64,000 nucleotides of DNA. It comes from Thermodesulfobacteriota bacterium. Its GTDB lineage: Bacteria > Desulfobacterota_D > UBA1144 > Nemesobacterales > UBA2774. The DNA is taken from NCBI GenBank assembly GCA_965216785.1, contig OZ244197.1:416001-480000 (forward strand), written 5' to 3'. The translations under genes and the position numbers were made by a program. Shown here in pieces: positions 61,877-64,000 of this stretch (its first letter is position 1; every line of letters starts with the position of its first letter). Under the pieces are notes generated by a model. That model was given only the letters and a program-made list of their open reading frames with translations. It did no database searches and was not told the DNA's origin.

Positions 61877-62677
61877 TTAAAGCTCGACTGAAAGCGCGGC
61901 GCCTACAATCCCCGCATTGTTCTGCATTTGTGCCGGAACTACCGTTGCTTTAACGTCAATATAATCAAAGAATTTCTCAGATCTCTTACTCACTCCTCCC
62001 CCTATTATAAAGAGGTCGGGAGAAAGATATCTCTCAAGTGCATTCAGGTATTTATTCACCCTCTTGCCCCATTTCTTCCAGGATAGATCTTCTCTTTCCC
62101 TGCGGCTTGCGGCTGCTTTCTTCTCATAGTCGCCGCCGTTTAGTTCAATATGCCCGAGCTCAGTGTTGTGCACCAGGTGCCCGTCCACAAAGAGTGCTGT
62201 GCCAATGCCGGTGCCCAGAGTAACCATCATCACAACTCCGCCGTCGTGGTTATTATGCTCTTTGCCCGCACCGAACTTCATTTCGGCAAGCCCCGCGCTG
62301 TCAGCATCGTTAATGACCCTCACCTGGCAGGACGACATGGCCTCGAGCTCTTGTTGAATATTCACTCCGATCCACTTCTTTGAAAGATTTGCCGCTGTGT
62401 ACACCTCTCCCTTTTTCATAACGCCGGGGAACCCGCAGCCTACCTCTCCTTTCCACTGCCAGTGCTCGATCATGGACTGGATTGCCGCGAGCATCTTCTT
62501 GGGCGTGGCCGGCTGGGGCGTATCCACACGGAAGCGCTCCTCGGTAAGCTCACCCTTGTCTATATCGACGGGCGCTGATTTAATTCCCGTCCCGCCAATA
62601 TCGATACCAAGAACAATCCTCGGTTTTTTAGTCCGTCTCCTGGTAGTTGTACGTGCTCTGGTCATTTCGTGATCCAT
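61877..62677 (-). CDS. ppgK: Polyphosphate glucokinase (ROK family)
   Basis: GIDIGGTGIK.APVD, TPQPATP, NDAD.AG.AE..FG, TLGTGIG, NTELGH, GGGVSK, NNAGIVGAA. Confidence 0.9.
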   Translation of the reverse strand: MDHEMTRARTTTRRRTKKPRIVLGIDIGGTGIKSAPVDIDKGELTEERFRVDTPQPATPKKMLAAIQSMIEHWQWKGEVGCGFPGVMKKGEVYTAANLSKKWIGVNIQQELEAMSSCQVRVINDADSAGLAEMKFGAGKEHNNHDGGVVMMVTLGTGIGTALFVDGHLVHNTELGHIELNGGDYEKKAAASRREREDLSWKKWGKRVNKYLNALERYLSPDLFIIGGGVSKRSEKFFDYIDVKATVVPAQMQNNAGIVGAALSVEL

Positions 62678-62916
62678 CCCTAATCTTTAGGATTAAAATC
62701 TATTTTTATAATAGTACACCAAGTAGTACGAATAATTCAAAGTCTTGGAGAAGATTACAGTTTTAGATAATTTATCTGTGAAAAAGTTACAGGAAACAAA
62801 TATACTGTGGATATTTCTACCCTTGAATATGTATCGTGTATAAAATTGATAGGCTTTGCCTGGTACAAGCCGAGAGGTTAATTAAACAATAGTATTGATA
62901 AGGAGGGATGATTTCA

Positions 62917-63244
62917 ATGGCATGGATATATCTCATCATTGCGGGGATCATGGAATGGGGATGGCCCATGGGGCTTAAGTTCGCGATTAATTAATGGTAA
63001 AGGGTTTCAGTACGGGCCAGCGGTTTTTGCCGTTATAAGCATACTGGCGAGCGGGTTCTTTCTTTTTCTGGCACAAAGAGAGATTCCCGTGGGCACCGCC
63101 TACGCTGTATGGACAGGGATAGGGGCTGTTGGCACATTTATCCTGGGTATACTGATCCTTGGGGAGCCCGCTTTTTTCCTAAGGTTTTTGTTCCTCGGGT
63201 TTATAATAACCGGGATTGTAGGCTTAAAACTCGTATCCCAATAA
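62917..63244 (+). pseudogene. SMR/DMT family (SugE/Gdx-like) transporter interrupted by a 4-bp duplication
   Basis: AGGAGG then ATG 62917 reads MAWIYLIIAGIMEWGWPMGLKFAIN* (stop 62992-62994). The remainder (..IPVGTAYAVWTGIG..GLKL) is in the +1 frame; removing one TAAT restores a 107-aa ORF. Confidence 0.85.
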
Positions 63245-63256
63245 CTAGAAGATATG

Positions 63257-63284
63257 AAAAGGGGCCGGTATTTAGAGCCGGCCC
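63257..63284 (-). terminator. Intrinsic terminator between the convergent SMR and P460 genes
   Basis: Minus strand GGGCCGG-ctctaaata-CCGGCCC followed by CTTTT. Confidence 0.7.
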
Positions 63285-63299
63285 TGCCAAATATTATTG

Positions 63300-63851
63300 C
63301 TACTTACTAATTAATACCGGATATCCGTACGTATACACCCAATCTGTCTGCTTTGCGGGAATGTGGCAGCCAAGACAGTCCTTTTTATAGCCGGTGGATA
63401 CGTCCTTTGAAGGGTTATCAGCTAAAAACTGTGCCCAGCCCCAGCCGTCCCCCCATTTAGGGTTGTCTTTAAACCTTCCCTTCCCGTCTTTAACCATCAC
63501 GAACCACAGCACAGGATCTTTGCCGTGCAGTACCCCTTTACCGGTTGTCATATCCTGAGAGCCTTCGGAAAGCACTTCCTTAATAAGCACGGCGCCGTCA
63601 GGGAATTTTCCTCCATTGGCTTTGTACTTTTCGGCTACTCCCGGTTCAACATATACATTGTGCATCCCGCTCTCACTGTCCTCAGGGTGTACCCACGAGC
63701 CTAAGTACGTCCATTTCTCTCTGAAATCCGTCGGACGGGTTATATTGCCCTCCGAGTCAACGTATGGAGAGAAAGAGTCCCCTTCCTCGGCATGTGAAGA
63801 AATCGCGAGACCTAATGCGGCGATTATCAGAAATAATATTGTACGTTTCAT
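63300..63851 (-). CDS. Cytochrome P460 family protein
   Basis: Signal peptide, P.DFR..W..LG, HNVY, FPDGAVLIKE, MVKD..R, GWGW..F, C-terminal CLGCH, DWVY..YP.L. Confidence 0.9.
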   Translation of the reverse strand: MKRTILFLIIAALGLAISSHAEEGDSFSPYVDSEGNITRPTDFREKWTYLGSWVHPEDSESGMHNVYVEPGVAEKYKANGGKFPDGAVLIKEVLSEGSQDMTTGKGVLHGKDPVLWFVMVKDGKGRFKDNPKWGDGWGWAQFLADNPSKDVSTGYKKDCLGCHIPAKQTDWVYTYGYPVLISK

Positions 63852-64000
63852 GTGAGGCCTCCTTATGTGTTCGGTTAAGCCTTAACAGGCTTTTTCCTTA
63901 TGTTTATTTTATAGCCGAAAAGGATTCAAGAACTGGAATAAAGTAGAGAAAACTGCTAACTTTAGTACTTAGTTATGGGTAAAGCAGCGCTGGTTACTGG

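Noticed and set aside
62679-62691. CCTAA-tct-TTAGG beside the ppgK start
   Set aside because: Only the junction-type arrangement is present, with no full TTAGG-N3-CCTAA site. Too short to distinguish from chance.
62939-63244. ORF-track 101-aa protein starting MRGSWNGDG
   Set aside because: The N-terminus is out of frame; the real SMR start is ATG 62917, upstream of the frameshift.

Overview
Gene-dense bacterial chromosome segment made mostly of core genes. Gene content and protein style suggest a diderm Desulfobacterota/'Dadabacteria'-like organism (inference only). From left to right: greA (partial), carB, a PIP-synthase-like CDP-alcohol phosphotransferase, two SPOR proteins, argS, tolAR/Q, ruvBAC, yebC, rho, ggt, nadACB, glnD, a PduO-type adenosyltransferase, trxA, ruvX, arfB, amtB, an acuI/yhdH-like reductase, thiC, tsaD, an orphan ABC exporter half, a degenerate GHMP kinase, a Cys-rich MarR plus an extra sigma70 factor, ispH, several transporters, a complete pentose-phosphate cluster (ppgK-tkt-tal/pgi fusion-HAD-rpiA-rpe-gnd-zwf-pgl), a frameshifted SMR gene and a cytochrome P460 homologue. 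I saw no tRNA, rRNA, CRISPR array, integrase or transposase. The strongest candidate for an undescribed system is a MarR regulator with a 6-Cys tail: the same palindromic operator (TTAGG-N3-CCTAA, 16-bp tandem spacing) lies in front of its own gene and in front of the neighbouring alternative sigma factor. Other notable signals are a T4-lysozyme-like lipoprotein, a sigma54 promoter with paired NtrC-like enhancers at amtB, nested REP-like palindromes, a 4-bp-duplication frameshift plus leader hairpin at the SMR gene, and a P460 lacking the distal Glu.
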